From NCBI GenBank assembly GCA_907165135.1, contig OU015570.1, forward strand, positions 1,819,929 through 1,883,928: a DNA stretch of 64,000 nucleotides, given 5' to 3'. The stretch's first letter is position 1, and every line of letters starts with the position of its first letter. This DNA is from Oikopleura dioica. Taxonomy: Eukaryota > Animalia > Chordata. The translations under genes and the position numbers were made by a program. Positions 1 through 10,597 of the stretch are shown here, in pieces. Under the pieces are notes generated by a model. The model did not search any database, was not told the origin of the DNA, and saw only the letters and a list, made by a program, of their open reading frames with translations.

Positions 1-224
1 TTTTTCCGAAAGAATGGATCCGATCTGAAATACGAGCCTGGTTTGACTGGAGAAGCTCCCCAGAAAAGAGCTCGCGAGGACCACAAAATAAACATAGCGG
101 AAATAAACGAAACGATCGAAATGGAATCCCTCAATCAGATTCTAGCGAAAATCGATCAAGAAGATGCCAAAGTCAAGAAGGAACCTGAAACACCTAATCA
201 GCAACACCAAAATGTTCCTCCAGG
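1..224 (+). pseudogene. gag: Ty3/gypsy gag fragment (same family as 13251-14474), cut by a MITE at 225
   Basis: TGEAPQKRAREDHKINIAEINETIEMESLNQILAKIDQE aligns with TGEAPQKTIREDYKINVQNLNESIEMASLTQILTKIEEE in the 13251-14474 Gag. Confidence 0.85.
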
Positions 225-560
225 CAGGGATGTACATTCGCAGAAATTTTTGCTTTGCGCTGCGCTGCGATTGCGGAATTTTTTGGGGGCAGTTTTGCGC
301 AGTTTTGCGCTGCGTAATCCGAAAATCGCGCAATTTGCAAAATTTTGCGCTGTTTTGCGGAAAATCAAAATTTGTTGATTTTGCGAAAATTTTGCGGATT
401 TTGCGCTTTTTGCGGAATTGCGTATTGCGCAGATGACACGCAATTTGCGTAATTTTGCGAATTTTGCGGTATTTTCGCGCATTTTGCGGAAATTTGCGGA
501 TTCTTGCGGGGTTTTCGCGCATTTTGCGAAAATCTGCGAATTCTGTGGTATTTTTGGCCC
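225..560 (+). mobile_element. hAT-like MITE end with TTTTGCG-rich subterminal repeats
   Basis: Starts CAGGGATGTACAT exactly where gag similarity stops. The same terminus in reverse (ATGTACATCCCTG, ending 44501) follows a similar CGCA/TGCG-rich repeat block at 44250-44490. Confidence 0.55.
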
Positions 561-692
561 CATTTATTTCTACTTGAAATGGAGAGATAAAATTTTGGGG
601 ACACTATTACGAGGTTATAAAAAGTTATTTTCAAGGTTTTCAAAGAGAACCATAATTAAGCTAAAGACAATGATAATATAGATTTTTTAAAT

Positions 693-1077
693 GATGGGTG
701 TGGGTGGGGTTGGGGACAGAACTGAGATTGATCAACTCAGAGTTCCAAGCCTTTGTCAAGCCCCTTAAATTTAGAAATCAAGGAACGGGGCTGAAACGGC
801 CCGAAGGGCCGTCAAGCCTCTTAAATTTAAAAATCAAGGAACGGGGCTGAAACGGCCCGAAGGGCCGTCAAGCCCTTAAATTTAGAAATCAAGGAACGGG
901 GCTGAAACGGCCCGAAGGGCCGTCAAGCCCTTAAATTTAGAAATCTAGGAACGGGGCTGAAACGGCCCGAAGGGCCGTCAAGCCCCTTAAATTTAAAAAT
1001 CAAGGAAAGGGGCTGAAACGGCCCGAAGGGCCGTCAAGCCCTTAAATTTAGAAATCAAGGAACGGGGCTTAAACGGC
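693..1077 (+). repeat. Dispersed element copy 1: G-run head, hairpin, then ~6 x 56-bp tandem units
   Basis: GGGTGTGGGTGGGGTTGGGG, then CTGAG-N9-CTCAG, then units GTCAAGCCCCTTAAATTTAGAAATCAAGGAACGGGGCTGAAACGGCCCGAAGGGCC. Other copies at 1566-1679, 21276-21650 and 59962-60072. Confidence 0.9.
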
Positions 1078-1094
1078 TTATAAGGGGATGCTCC

Positions 1095-1405
1095 CCTGGA
1101 ATATAATGAACTGTACATAAGGGGTATTCGAGGAGCCTGGAAAAAGCAAGGCGGACCCTGCTTCCGCCGGCACCTTTTAACTTGCAACTGTGTTTCGTCC
1201 CCTCGAGCGACTTATGGTCGCATAAGGGAAGAAATCGTCGATCTTTTGGTATGAGATCTTCGAAGACTTTGAGAGCATAGCCCAGTCCAATATGCTCTCT
1301 TGAGCGGCTAGAAAGCAATTTTTCTTGACTGTCTAGCGCTTTGCTGGCGTAACCTGCGATGGTTATGTTGGTGATAACATCGCCGTTTTTCTTGACGATA
1401 CCGTA
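1095..1405 (-). pseudogene. pol: Ty3/gypsy RNase H fragment
   Basis: AGYASKALDSQEK...RSREHIGLGYALKVFEDLI...LCDHKSL...LLEYPLCTVHYIPG follows the retrotransposon RNase H pattern (AY.S..L...E..Y...E.E.LA...; TDHK.L; I.Y.PG). Confidence 0.8.
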
Positions 1406-1409
1406 TATG

Positions 1410-1483
1410 ACGAATAATTCGTTACATACCGAATAATTCGTTGTTTCCAACGAGTAATTCGTTTTTTAAAACGAATAATTCGT
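1410..1483. repeat. Four copies of palindromic ACGAAT-A-ATTCGT
   Basis: Read directly from the sequence; copies are separated by short 7-8 nt spacers. Confidence 0.8.
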
Positions 1484-1500
1484 TTGTTTTTGTTCTCAAG

Positions 1501-1566
1501 CCTGACCTTAACCCTAACCCATAAACCTAACCCTAACTCTAACCTACCATAACCACTACCTAACCT
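1501..1566. repeat. Degenerate telomere-like (CCCTAA)n tract
   Basis: cctgaccttaaccctaacccataaacctaaccctaactctaacc; similar short GGTTAGGG runs occur at ~50510, ~58440 and ~62730. Confidence 0.6.
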
Positions 1567-1679
1567 TCGGGCCGTCTCAGCCCCGTTCCTTGATTTTTAA
1601 CTTTAAGGGGCTTGACAAAGGCATTTAACTCTGAGGTGATCAATCTCAGTTTTGTCCCCATTCCCACCCACACCCATTT
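1566..1679 (-). repeat. Dispersed G-run/56-bp-unit element, copy 2 (single unit)
   Basis: Reverse complement of the 693-810 segment with a few substitutions. Confidence 0.85.
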
Positions 1680-2249
1680 ACATAAAAATTAAAATTATCC
1701 CTATTTCTAGGTTCGTTATGGTTATTACCATGGAGTTGAGCTCTAAGTGGAGATAAGAGAATCTGAGCGTCGAAAAAATGCATAGGCTTTATTCGACGCT
1801 CAGTTCTGAGCGCGCCAAATTCTGCGCCAGCTGTGTCTAGCCAATCAGCGGACATTTTTCTTCCGCACATAATTTCGAGATTTGAGAAAACGCCAAACAT
1901 GGGCTTGGCAAAATTTCTAGAATCCCCCGACATTGAATTGCGCGGGAAACGGGGAAGGGGGCCCAGGGACATTCTCCACCAAGAGTAAAACTCCATGGTA
2001 TCTTACAATTAAATTTTTTTAATAACGAAAATTATTCAATAGCTTGTATTTTTGCTCAAAAAGTGTAATTTCGCATTTTATGGTCTTCTTTTGAAGGAAA
2101 ATTCAATGAAAAAATTTGATTTTAGGTGACTCGACCTCACCACCTCTTGCTTGTCAAGCGAGAGCGCTAACATTTGAGCCACCAAGGGAATCATTCGGGC
2201 AGTATTTAAAATCGCTCGGCGGAGCTGACCAATCAGAGCGCACTTGGCT

Positions 2250-3600
2250 CTCCGTTTAAATTTTCATTAAAGCCCTGAAAAGGGCTGAATGGGGGGTTTT
2301 TGGGAGAATCAGTGAATGGAATTGAATTCCTGAGGGTCGAATTAGTGGAATCGTGAAGTTTCATTGAAATTAAATTTTTGGTCCTAATCATGCCGGACCC
2401 TAGGTTAACGCACATTGTGGTAAGGTTGAAATTCCGGTTTGTGGTCGTTAGGTTAAACAGCCAAGCATTTTTAACCAAAAATATATTAGTAGTCGAGTCG
2501 CCCTTGTTTTCAAAATTTTTGGATTTTGGTCAAAATACTCGTAATTCTGGCATTCGTAATTCTCGCAGTCACCTGTAACTTTATTAATAAAGTATTGGAA
2601 TGTCGCTGGGCTGCTCGAAAGCCCCTGGCTCATTCGCTGATATCGGAATTGTTCACCGCCAAATAAGAAACTGGTGATATCGCGAGATTTTTCTCGGATA
2701 CTGATAGAATAGAAGGCATTTCTGACATCCAAAGATACAAAATAAATCCTGTCGTCAGGATACCTTTGTTTCAAAGTTGTAATTGCCGTACAGATTTTTG
2801 ACAAGACCGTACTTATGGGAAGGGATGGGTACATTTGGAACAATGAGGCGACTGTTGACGCTTCTGTCGCCACAACTTGAGTAATTATTCACTACCCGAA
2901 TCGATGAATCATTTTTCACTACGAAAAGAACCTGTGAGTTTCATGCAGAGCAGCATTCTTCGATGATCCCAGCATTTTTGAGCTCTGCTAATTTTTTCTC
3001 TACACTTTCCTGCATACTAATATCGATTTTGTATGGGCAAGTGTAGACTGGATCAGATTGATCTTTGAGTTTTAATTCTGTCAAATAGTTTTGAGAAAGT
3101 CCGGCATCACTTGGTGTTCTTGAAAAGATGCCCTGATGGTTATTTAAGATTTTAAGTAACCCTGATTTATATTTGATAGGTGCCTTTGAGCAAATCTCTT
3201 CTATTTCTTTATGAAGAGGGAATTCGGCGATAAGCTTGTTACGCCTTTCTCGTCATTTTTTGATCTCTTTTTGTGAATAATGCGCTCGTAAGGCTCTAAT
3301 TGACTTTCTGTTAATAGAAAATTTAGATCCAGACATTTTTTAGGTTATCTTAAAAGTCCGAACCGCGCTCCTTTTTCGATTATAACAACCGAGTTAGTGC
3401 GGTTATGAACAGTAACCATTTTGTTCTTCCAAAAATTTGGCTTCAAAGTGACGAAAACGTGATTTTCCAGAAACACTTCTTCGGGGGACAGTATTTGCTG
3501 GAGGTCCGTATTACAGTCTCTTTGAAGTCGAACATATACCGAACGATTACTGTGAGGAGCAAGTTCAGTATCTCTTTGACAAAGAACTTCTCCGCGTAGT
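2250..3600 (-). pseudogene. pol: Degenerate Ty3/gypsy reverse transcriptase region
   Basis: PVYTCPYKI...IIEECCSA*NSQVLFVVK...IRVV and YFVSLDVRNAFYSISI...ITSFLFGGEQFRYQRMSQGLSSSPATFQ; contains stops and frameshifts. Confidence 0.85.
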
Positions 3601-3769
3601 TTTCGCTTTGTTTTTCGAAAATGATAGTTGAAATACTTTTTCTTCCCTATTGAAAATATTATTTATGAACTTGAGCTTATGATAACGAAAGTCAATTTTG
3701 AACAATGCCAAGCAGTTCATGCCAAGAATTGCATTGAATTTCATTGGCGCTTCAATAACGAAAAGGGTT

Positions 3770-4054
3770 ATTTTAGGGATTTCGATGTTCGAGTTTTTAT
3801 AAAGATATTGGCGGTTAGGGTCTCCCGGATAAGAGTAACTTCTTCCATGAAAGCGTTAGAAATTGAGGGGAAACACGGATTGAGTTGGCCAACTCCGCAC
3901 GTGGGGCCAAGGCACGGGAGGTGTCAAGCCGAGGGTCAAGAGATGCAAGGGACCACGCCGCCGGGGCGAACTCCTTCTGGTGTGAGACCTTGAGTAACCA
4001 GAATCAAAGGTCACATTGAGCCCAAGATCAGGATCAAGCTCGTCTCCGGATCAG
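3770..4054 (+). repeat. Inverted, diverged copy of the protease-adjacent pol segment at 4777-5100
   Basis: 3873-4054 is the reverse complement of 4777-4994 with scattered substitutions and one ~35-nt indel. Confidence 0.85.
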
Positions 4055-4104
4055 TGAAGATATAAACGACCAAAAATTTATTTTGATGAAACAGCGCTCA
4101 ATAA

Positions 4105-4675
4105 ATCTACACCATCGAAGAAGTCATTGAATACGAACGAGTTCGAGGAATCCGAGTTATTCCCGAATTCGACTCGCCTGGGCATGCAGATGCGTGGGCA
4201 AAGGGCCGACCGGAAGATTTTCTAGCGGAGTGCCACGGTTATGCGAATGAAATGACGAAGAGATCCAAGCAACGAAGAGACTTATAAGCACTTTGAGCTT
4301 TGTTATAAGCAGAATGATAAGATTGCGAAATTTATGATGAAGGTAATTAATCGCCTCACAGAAATAGACTCTATTCTTGCTTTGGTTAATTTGCCAATTT
4401 TCCATAGGCTTAGTTTTTGTCCGCTTTAAAAATTTTTTGATCATTATGGTTCTTTCTTTTTAATAGTATCTCGACTGGGGACAACAAAACTGGGGCATTT
4501 CTAACAAGGGTAAGGAATATTTCTACAGCGTGGATATGGTCCATATCATATGGAGAAGGGATCCTGGATACAGTATCCAGTCAACCCTGAGCAGAAGGGA
4601 TTGCTTATTGGTGGCTCTGCCGCGTTATGGGCCGAATATGTTGATGCTGTGGATGCGAACATACCCTCGTCTTAA
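4105..4675 (+). pseudogene. Beta-hexosaminidase (GH20) gene fragments
   Basis: From 4105: [34 protein letters not shown]. From 4586: PEQKGLLIGGSAALWAEYVD. Both match well-known GH20 motifs (RGIRV..EFD.PGH; IGGEA.MW.EYVD). No intact ORF and no GGDE catalytic motif seen. Confidence 0.85.
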
Positions 4676-4776
4676 GGTCAGGGTTCGGTAATCGGCGTAT
4701 TTTGATCGTTTGAAAATAGCTTCATTTGAAGCGCGGCTGAGGGTTTCATCCGGACGAGTAAATGGGATTTCAAGGG

Positions 4777-5173
4777 CTGATCCGGAGATAAGCTTGGTCC
4801 TGATCATGGGCTTAATGTGACCTTTGATTCAGTTTACTCAAGGTCTCACACCGGGACTTGCTCTAAAATTGGCCCAGAACCGTACTCTGCAGGAGTTCGC
4901 CTCGACGGCGTTGTCCCTTGCATCTGTTGACTCTCGGCTTGAGACCTCCCGTGCCTTGGCCCCACGTGCGGAGTGGGCCAACTCAATCCAGTGTCTGCCA
5001 GAAATTGACTCTTGGACCTCTAACTTTTCAAGAGTCATTGATTCTGGAATGATGCTCTTGTTTATGTAAGTTTCACTTGCTCCTGTATCAATAAGGACTT
5101 GAGGTTTTTCTAGATTTTTAACAGAACCATTATCTTGGTACTGTTTTAGTATGATTGTAGTTGTTGGAATCAT
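4777..5173 (-). pseudogene. pol: Ty3/gypsy aspartic protease region (outer, CCHC-type element)
   Basis: VLIDTGASETYI active-site motif. Confidence 0.75.
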
Positions 5174-5189
5174 TTCTTGTAGTTGGAAA

Positions 5190-6542
5190 AGCCCTCTCTA
5201 CGGCTGGAAGAATTTTTGACCTACAATCCGGGAATTTGTGACCTGGTCGGCCGCATTTATAACAGACGATTTTTCCTTTTTCTTTGCCGAAGCGACCGCC
5301 ACTTTTGGACTGAGCTTTCAGTTTTCGGCACTTACTTCTGTGATGACCTTTAATGCCGCAAAAGGAGCATGTGATATCTTTTTGCTTCCATGCCAGTGAG
5401 ATTTTCTCGAGTGACTTTTACCAAAAGAATTGAATTGTTTTTACCTCGGTTAATATTGTTGAGCTCGTACTTTGCGTACAATTCTGTGCATTTATCAACG
5501 AGATCATCCTTTGACTTACTCTTGTCTTTTCTGTATTCAAGGAGCATTTCTGAATTCTGAATTTTCTTAGGGAGCTTGTCGAGGAAATTTCGAAAAGACA
5601 GTTCTTTTAGATTTTCATCTGAAGCGCTTTCTGTCACGGTATTTCGGACGAGTTCTTCTATGGCGTAAAATAAATTTCGTAAGTTTTCGTGCTTATTTTC
5701 ATCGAATCTTATCTTTTAAGCATAATTTCGTATTCGAAATTATCTTTTCGACAGCATTTTTCGAGGGTCGCTTCGAAATGTTTGACTGTCATTTTGGTTT
5801 TGTCCTTATCATCGCCTTTAGAAAGCTCAAGAATAACTGTTTTCTGAAGAGGCTGTGGGAGTCGGCCACACATGTGCGAGACCTGTTTAGCCTCGTCATC
5901 TATACCGCCATAGTAGAGGATAAAGCTACACTGCTTGATCCAGGTTTTAATATTGTCGATTTTCTTGAATCCCGGGAGTGCAATTTTGGTTGAGTTGCTC
6001 ATTTGATTCAGTTTCAGCTTAATCTGAGGACTCTTTGGTCCACTACGTAAATCCATATCTGAGTCATTTTCGGAATCGGACGAATCTGTCAAATCAATGC
6101 TAACTTCTTGATTGTTCGAAAATAATTTTCGGACGGAGTTGTCCTTTGAAGCATCATCTGGGAAGCAGAGCTTTTCTTTCGGTTGGCTAGGTGTTATTTC
6201 GACCATTTCCTCGTCCCCATCGGGAATTGCTTCTGCTTTAACATCCTCAGATAATGAATGTTCGAGTTTAGTGCTGTTATCTTCGGTTGAGTTATGAATA
6301 AGGGGAGTTAACTCACTTTTGCTTGTATTTAAGTCTTCGAAAGCGATCTCTCTTTCGACTGACTTTTCCATTTCAGCTACTGTCTCTTGAGGTACATCAG
6401 GACTTTGAGCTTCTAGGGCAGCCTTGGCTTCGGCTTCTGCCTCTTTTAATTGCTCCGAAAAGTTTTTTATTTCAGTTAAGTCGATGCCCTCAATGACAAT
6501 GAATTCGCTGATTCCCGGAGAGAACACCTTTGAGACGCTCAT
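5190..6542 (-). pseudogene. gag: Gag of outer Ty3/gypsy element with CCHC zinc knuckle, broken by stops/frameshifts
   Basis: ORFs 5709-6542 and 5350-5637, plus CYKCGRPGHKFPDC (C-x2-C-x4-H-x4-C) at 5223-5264 directly upstream of the protease. Confidence 0.8.
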
Positions 6543-7277
6543 TTACCGAGACCCTACTGCTATCGAGTTTAATTTTATCTTTTGATTTAACGAAGATAAT
6601 TTGCTCGTCAAGATTTTCCGGACGTGCCGTTAACTCCTCGAGTAATGCCTTCCAGTAAAAAACGGGTCCTCTATTTTAAGCTTTAATTGGTGGTCCAGAA
6701 TAAGACAAGGAAATATTTCTCCCGTTCTTTGGAGATTTGCGATGATTTGGTTTTGCTTATAGCAAGAGAGCAGTTCAAGCCCTGCATCTTTTGCTACAGC
6801 ATTATCATGTTCTTTTCTCATTCGCCCTTTTAGCTGACAGAAAACCGGTTTTATATTTGAAAGACATTTTGGCGAATCTTGTAGGATCTTACGATCATAT
6901 CGGGAAATATTATTCTCCGACATATCCTTACCTTAAGGTTATAAAACTTCGATTGGAGACTTTGGAACCTAAAAATTCAAGTTTTTAAATATTACTGTAA
7001 CTGTTTATAAAAAAAAATACAAAAATGCTTAAAATGAAAGTGGATGTCGTTAACTTGATTCTTACAAAAGGTTCTTACAACCGTTATTTTCAATAATATT
7101 CCACAAGAAGTTTTGCGTCAATTTGTGTGTTGACGGTTCTTTATACTCCGTGCTTTTTATTAAGAATAGCAAAGAGGCTAGTCTGTGAAAAAACACAAGA
7201 CTTTTCAGGATGAGTCCGTCCTAAGAAGTCAAGCCGAATAGACTAATAGACCGCTGAATCACGTGGAGCTCGAGTTA

Positions 7278-7289
7278 CTTCAGTCACCA
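7278..7289 (-). promoter_or_regulatory. Primer-binding site of outer element (TGGTGACTGAAG)
   Basis: Identical 12-mer to the PBS at 14553-14564, and upstream of the outer gag. The outer 5' LTR probably spans ~7290-7396 plus ~15034-15490, split by the inner element (inference from a TATA-like motif at ~15240). Confidence 0.6.
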
Positions 7290-7396
7290 ATAAGATGAGC
7301 GCTTACTCGGCCAGTACAAGTACAAGTCAAGAGCTACTAAAGGTCGAAGATCCTTGCTCGGTTTTATACTAGGGCTGCGGTGAAGTCCACTAAATG

Positions 7397-7858
7397 TGTT
7401 GGGACTTTATCTCTGCAGGAATGAGCCGGAGTTTGTAAAAAGAGTATTTTATTATTTGATGTTGTCTCGATCTGGACAAGTGGATGAATGAGTGAACAGG
7501 ACTGGTTGGAGCTTGTTTATATACTCTAAGGCTACCATGGTAGAAATGATACCATGGTGAGGATGGAAACTATGTAACACTAGTTGAACTTGGGTCACAG
7601 TAGTAAAGTATCATTAATGATTGTATGAGAGTAGCAATAGTGGTAAGAACAAGGTCATGAGGATGAGAGCATAACGGCGACGGTGGATCAGTAGCCATCA
7701 TGGTAAAATTTTGAACGAGTATACGCGGATAGCAATGTATTTCGCAGAGGCGGCGGCGAATGATCGACCGTGGTGGTGATTTGTTCACGCCCGCGGCGGT
7801 GAGAGTAGATTTATGATAATAGACTTTTGATGATTGCAGCGGAGATAGAATCCCAATA
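7397..7858 (-). repeat. 3' LTR of element A
   Basis: Direct repeat of 14568-15029; TATATAAA (~7516-7523) and AATAAA (~7448-7453) on the minus strand. Confidence 0.95.
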
Positions 7859-7862
7859 CATT

Positions 7863-7881
7863 CCTTCTCCTTTTTCTTTTT
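7863..7881 (-). promoter_or_regulatory. Polypurine tract
   Basis: AAAAAGAAAAAGGAGAAGG a few bases upstream of the 3' LTR. Confidence 0.85.
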
Positions 7882-7887
7882 GGAAAC

Positions 7888-8550
7888 TTATGTACTGTTG
7901 ATCTGATTTTCCAAGTCTTGAGCTGCTAGGGCGAGTGAGTCTGAGCTGCTATCGTCTGAATTGATGTCATGTCGATAGGGTTGAACATTGGGATCTTCAT
8001 CATCGAACAAAGTGTCATGCCGTTGAAGTTGAACCTGGGCAAGTCCTCTTGATTCTGCAAATGAATATAACTCAGCGCGTGCCTGAGTGCAGCAGAATTC
8101 GATTTCTTCGTCTCGAGCGTTTTGTAAGGCTTTCCAGCAAGCACGGTTCTTGTGGAAGATCGACTTGAAGCTTTGTATCACTATCTGCTTTTTGTCTTGA
8201 CCAGCTGAAGTTGACACGAGAAAAAGCGAAGATTTCACGAGCCATGTGAACAAGGCTTCCTTTGATGGTGTGCAGACGAGCTTTTCCACTGGGTAATCGA
8301 AGGGTGGAAGTGATTTGATTGTTCTTGTTATTTCTAAAAGAAATAATCTGATCATATTCGTTTGATTCTCTTGACCTTCGAATTCTTCCGGGATATCAAC
8401 TCTCATTCCAAGGATAAAATTGAGAGCAAATTGAACGTATCTTCGTTTAGCACAGAAGGGCTGAGTATGCCATAGGTTATCGTCGATAAGATCTGGCATT
8501 TTTCGTTTTCTCTCTTTGAAGGTTTTGATTTTCTTGCTAAGTTTGTACAT
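7888..8550 (-). CDS. 220-aa accessory ORF between integrase and 3' LTR, function unknown
   Basis: Open ATG-to-stop frame inside the element, with an acidic C-terminal tail. No signal peptide or transmembrane stretch is visible. Confidence 0.6.
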   Translation of the reverse strand: MYKLSKKIKTFKERKRKMPDLIDDNLWHTQPFCAKRRYVQFALNFILGMRVDIPEEFEGQENQTNMIRLFLLEITRTIKSLPPFDYPVEKLVCTPSKEALFTWLVKSSLFLVSTSAGQDKKQIVIQSFKSIFHKNRACWKALQNARDEEIEFCCTQARAELYSFAESRGLAQVQLQRHDTLFDDEDPNVQPYRHDINSDDSSSDSLALAAQDLENQINST

Positions 8551-9020
8551 GACTTCCTCAATAAGGAGTCATTGTCCACGTCATGATACGAGTCATTTCC
8601 TTCTGAAAACATATCAGAGAGAGTGAGCGCGCGGTATATTTCCTGAGTCGTAGAAGGAAAATATGAGCAGTGATCTTCCGAGCAAGTTGGATGTGTAATG
8701 ATGAGATATAGATACGCCAATCTATAAATTCTTCCGCCAAGAATACAAAGTGTCATTTTCTTCACATCTGTGTGGCCAATTTGATGAGAATGAACAAGGT
8801 CGAGTAGTTGTTGGAGTAAGAATTGCCTGAGTGATTGAACCTCATGAACGTTTTTGAGCGTCGAACATGGCGTTGTCGGTTCTTGGATATTTGAATTTCA
8901 TCAGTTTTTGATTCCTTGCGAGCATCCTTATGATAAAAAGAGCATCGAGCTTTACTCTGTGAGCGTTGTTTTCGAAAAAATATGGAACTTCAGGGCTTTA
9001 TCAGTGAGAAACACATGTGA
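8403..9020 (-). pseudogene. Second, frameshifted accessory coding region of element A
   Basis: Protein-like stretches (FENNAHRVKLDALFIIRMLARNQKLMKFKYPRTDNAMF; VHEVQSLRQFLLQQLLDLVHSHQIGHTDVKKMTLCILGGRIYRLAYLYL...) in adjacent frames. No family recognised. Confidence 0.35.
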
Positions 9021-9094
9021 TCATGGATCTTTTGAGAGCGGAATTTTGGATCGGAGGAACGTTGCAAGGCTAAGGAGGGAGCACCTTCTCCTTT

Positions 9095-10597
9095 TTATTT
9101 TTCTTTTTGTTTTCTTGGTCTTAATCGAGCTGACCAGTTTTCTTCTTTAAAAAGATTTTCTTTGTCGATCGGATCATCTGAGCATTCGTTTTTGAGAGCG
9201 GCTGATTTTTGACCGTTGTCAGCGTGAGCTACATTTTCAATAGTTTCCGGTGTGACTATTTCAGCTTTAATTGTTTCTTCGTTGAACGTTCGAAGAGGTC
9301 GGATGTACCTGAGATGACGGCGATATGTGCGGTGTGAACTCGGGCACATTAGGATGTAGGAATCTTTCGAAATTCTATTTTTGACGTAGAACGGGCCGTT
9401 TCAGTTGATTCCTAGCTTACCACTTGTAAGATCAGGTTTATAAGTAAGAACTTTAGTTCCGATTTCGAGAACAGGAGCGGAGTTTTTGTCTTTAACGACG
9501 AGCTTATTATATCGATCCATATGAAACTTAAGGAGAGCTGGATGGAGATCTTTCAGGTATTCGTTGAGAGCCTTTACAAATGGCTCTTTTTGTCCATTTA
9601 CAGAGTCGATTTTGAAGGGAACATGGAATGATCTGCCATAGACACATTCATTTGGAGAAAGTGAATCCAGTGATTCTCGTGGGAGGTTGTTCATATAATA
9701 GCAGGATTCTGGCCATTTGAGAGACCAATTTCTGTTGTTTCCTCCGAGTGTTTTGATGAATTTTGTGATGTCGCGATGTGATCGTTCTACCTTACCATTT
9801 GAGCATGATCGGTAGGCAGTAGTTGTGATCTGTTTGATATCGAATCGTTCCATTATCTCGCGGCAAAGAGGTCCAAATTCTCTCCCATTGTCACTAACGA
9901 TAATGCCGTTGATTCCGTGACGCAGAATGAGTTTGAGTAAGCCTCTAGCTACTGCGCTGTCAGTTTTGCTTGGTAGAGGTTCTCCGTCGAGATAAGAAGT
10001 AAGTTCGTCAATACATGTGAGCAAGTATCTCTTGTTGTTTGCATCAGGTCTGCCATAGTCTACCAAGTCAATGTGGCATTTTGTAAATGGTATTGATTCG
10101 AAGAATCTGTTCGGGATCATGCTTGGTCTAAGCTGTTTTTGTGGCTTGATTCTGAGGCATGTTGCGCAGCTTGTTTTGATTGAGCGAACGCGATCTTGAA
10201 CTTTGTGGATATAAAATCGTTTACAAAGGTTCAGTTGGGCTTTGCAACCACAGTGGGCCATGAGAACATGAAGATACTGTAGGAACTCATTAGATAGTGA
10301 CGACGGTAGAACGAGTCTTTCATTAGCGAAGAGAACATCGTTTTTAAGCTTTAATTTGCTAGGTTTGATTTCTCGGATCTTCATAATGAGATTGTTCGTA
10401 AGAGAGCACTGTTTTTGGAGAGAAGCCATTTCTTCATAATTAAAGCGTCGATTTTCAAAGGAGAAACAGATTTTTGAGTCATCGGTTTTTAGGAGCAGGA
10501 AAATCGTGTCAGAAACTTCTTCAAATCCTTTTGACTCTGTCTCGAGCATTGAAGAGTGTGAAAGAGGGATTCTACTGAGAGCATCAGCAGTTGCCAT
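9095..10597 (-). pseudogene. pol: Integrase of element A (HHCC + DDE + C-terminal domain) with premature TGA at 9401-9403
   Basis: HVLMAHCG...CATC; CHIDLVD; VSDNGREF; NGKVERSH. The frame continues past the TGA as (W)NGPFYVKNRISKDSYILMC. Confidence 0.92.

Noticed and set aside
142-681. Multiple overlapping basic ORFs (also 37106-37827, 41101-41820, 44249-44697, 58848-59160)
   Set aside because: These are translations of low-complexity MITE repeats on both strands, with no domain motifs.
1501-1566. True or fused telomere
   Set aside because: Short, highly degenerate and internal; such runs recur within dispersed repeats in this window.
7570-7788. 72-aa ORF present twice (also 14741-14959)
   Set aside because: It lies within the LTRs, so the duplication is explained by LTR identity; it has a TTG/GTG-type start and no coding evidence.
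7888-8550. env gene call for the extra ORF
   Set aside because: No signal peptide, transmembrane helix or furin site is visible; kept as an unknown accessory ORF.
9401-9403. TGA at conserved Trp positions (also 2941-2943) suggesting an alternative genetic code
   Set aside because: Only two cases. TGG encodes Trp throughout the same ORFs, and TAA nonsense codons and frameshifts also occur, so ordinary G>A decay explains it.
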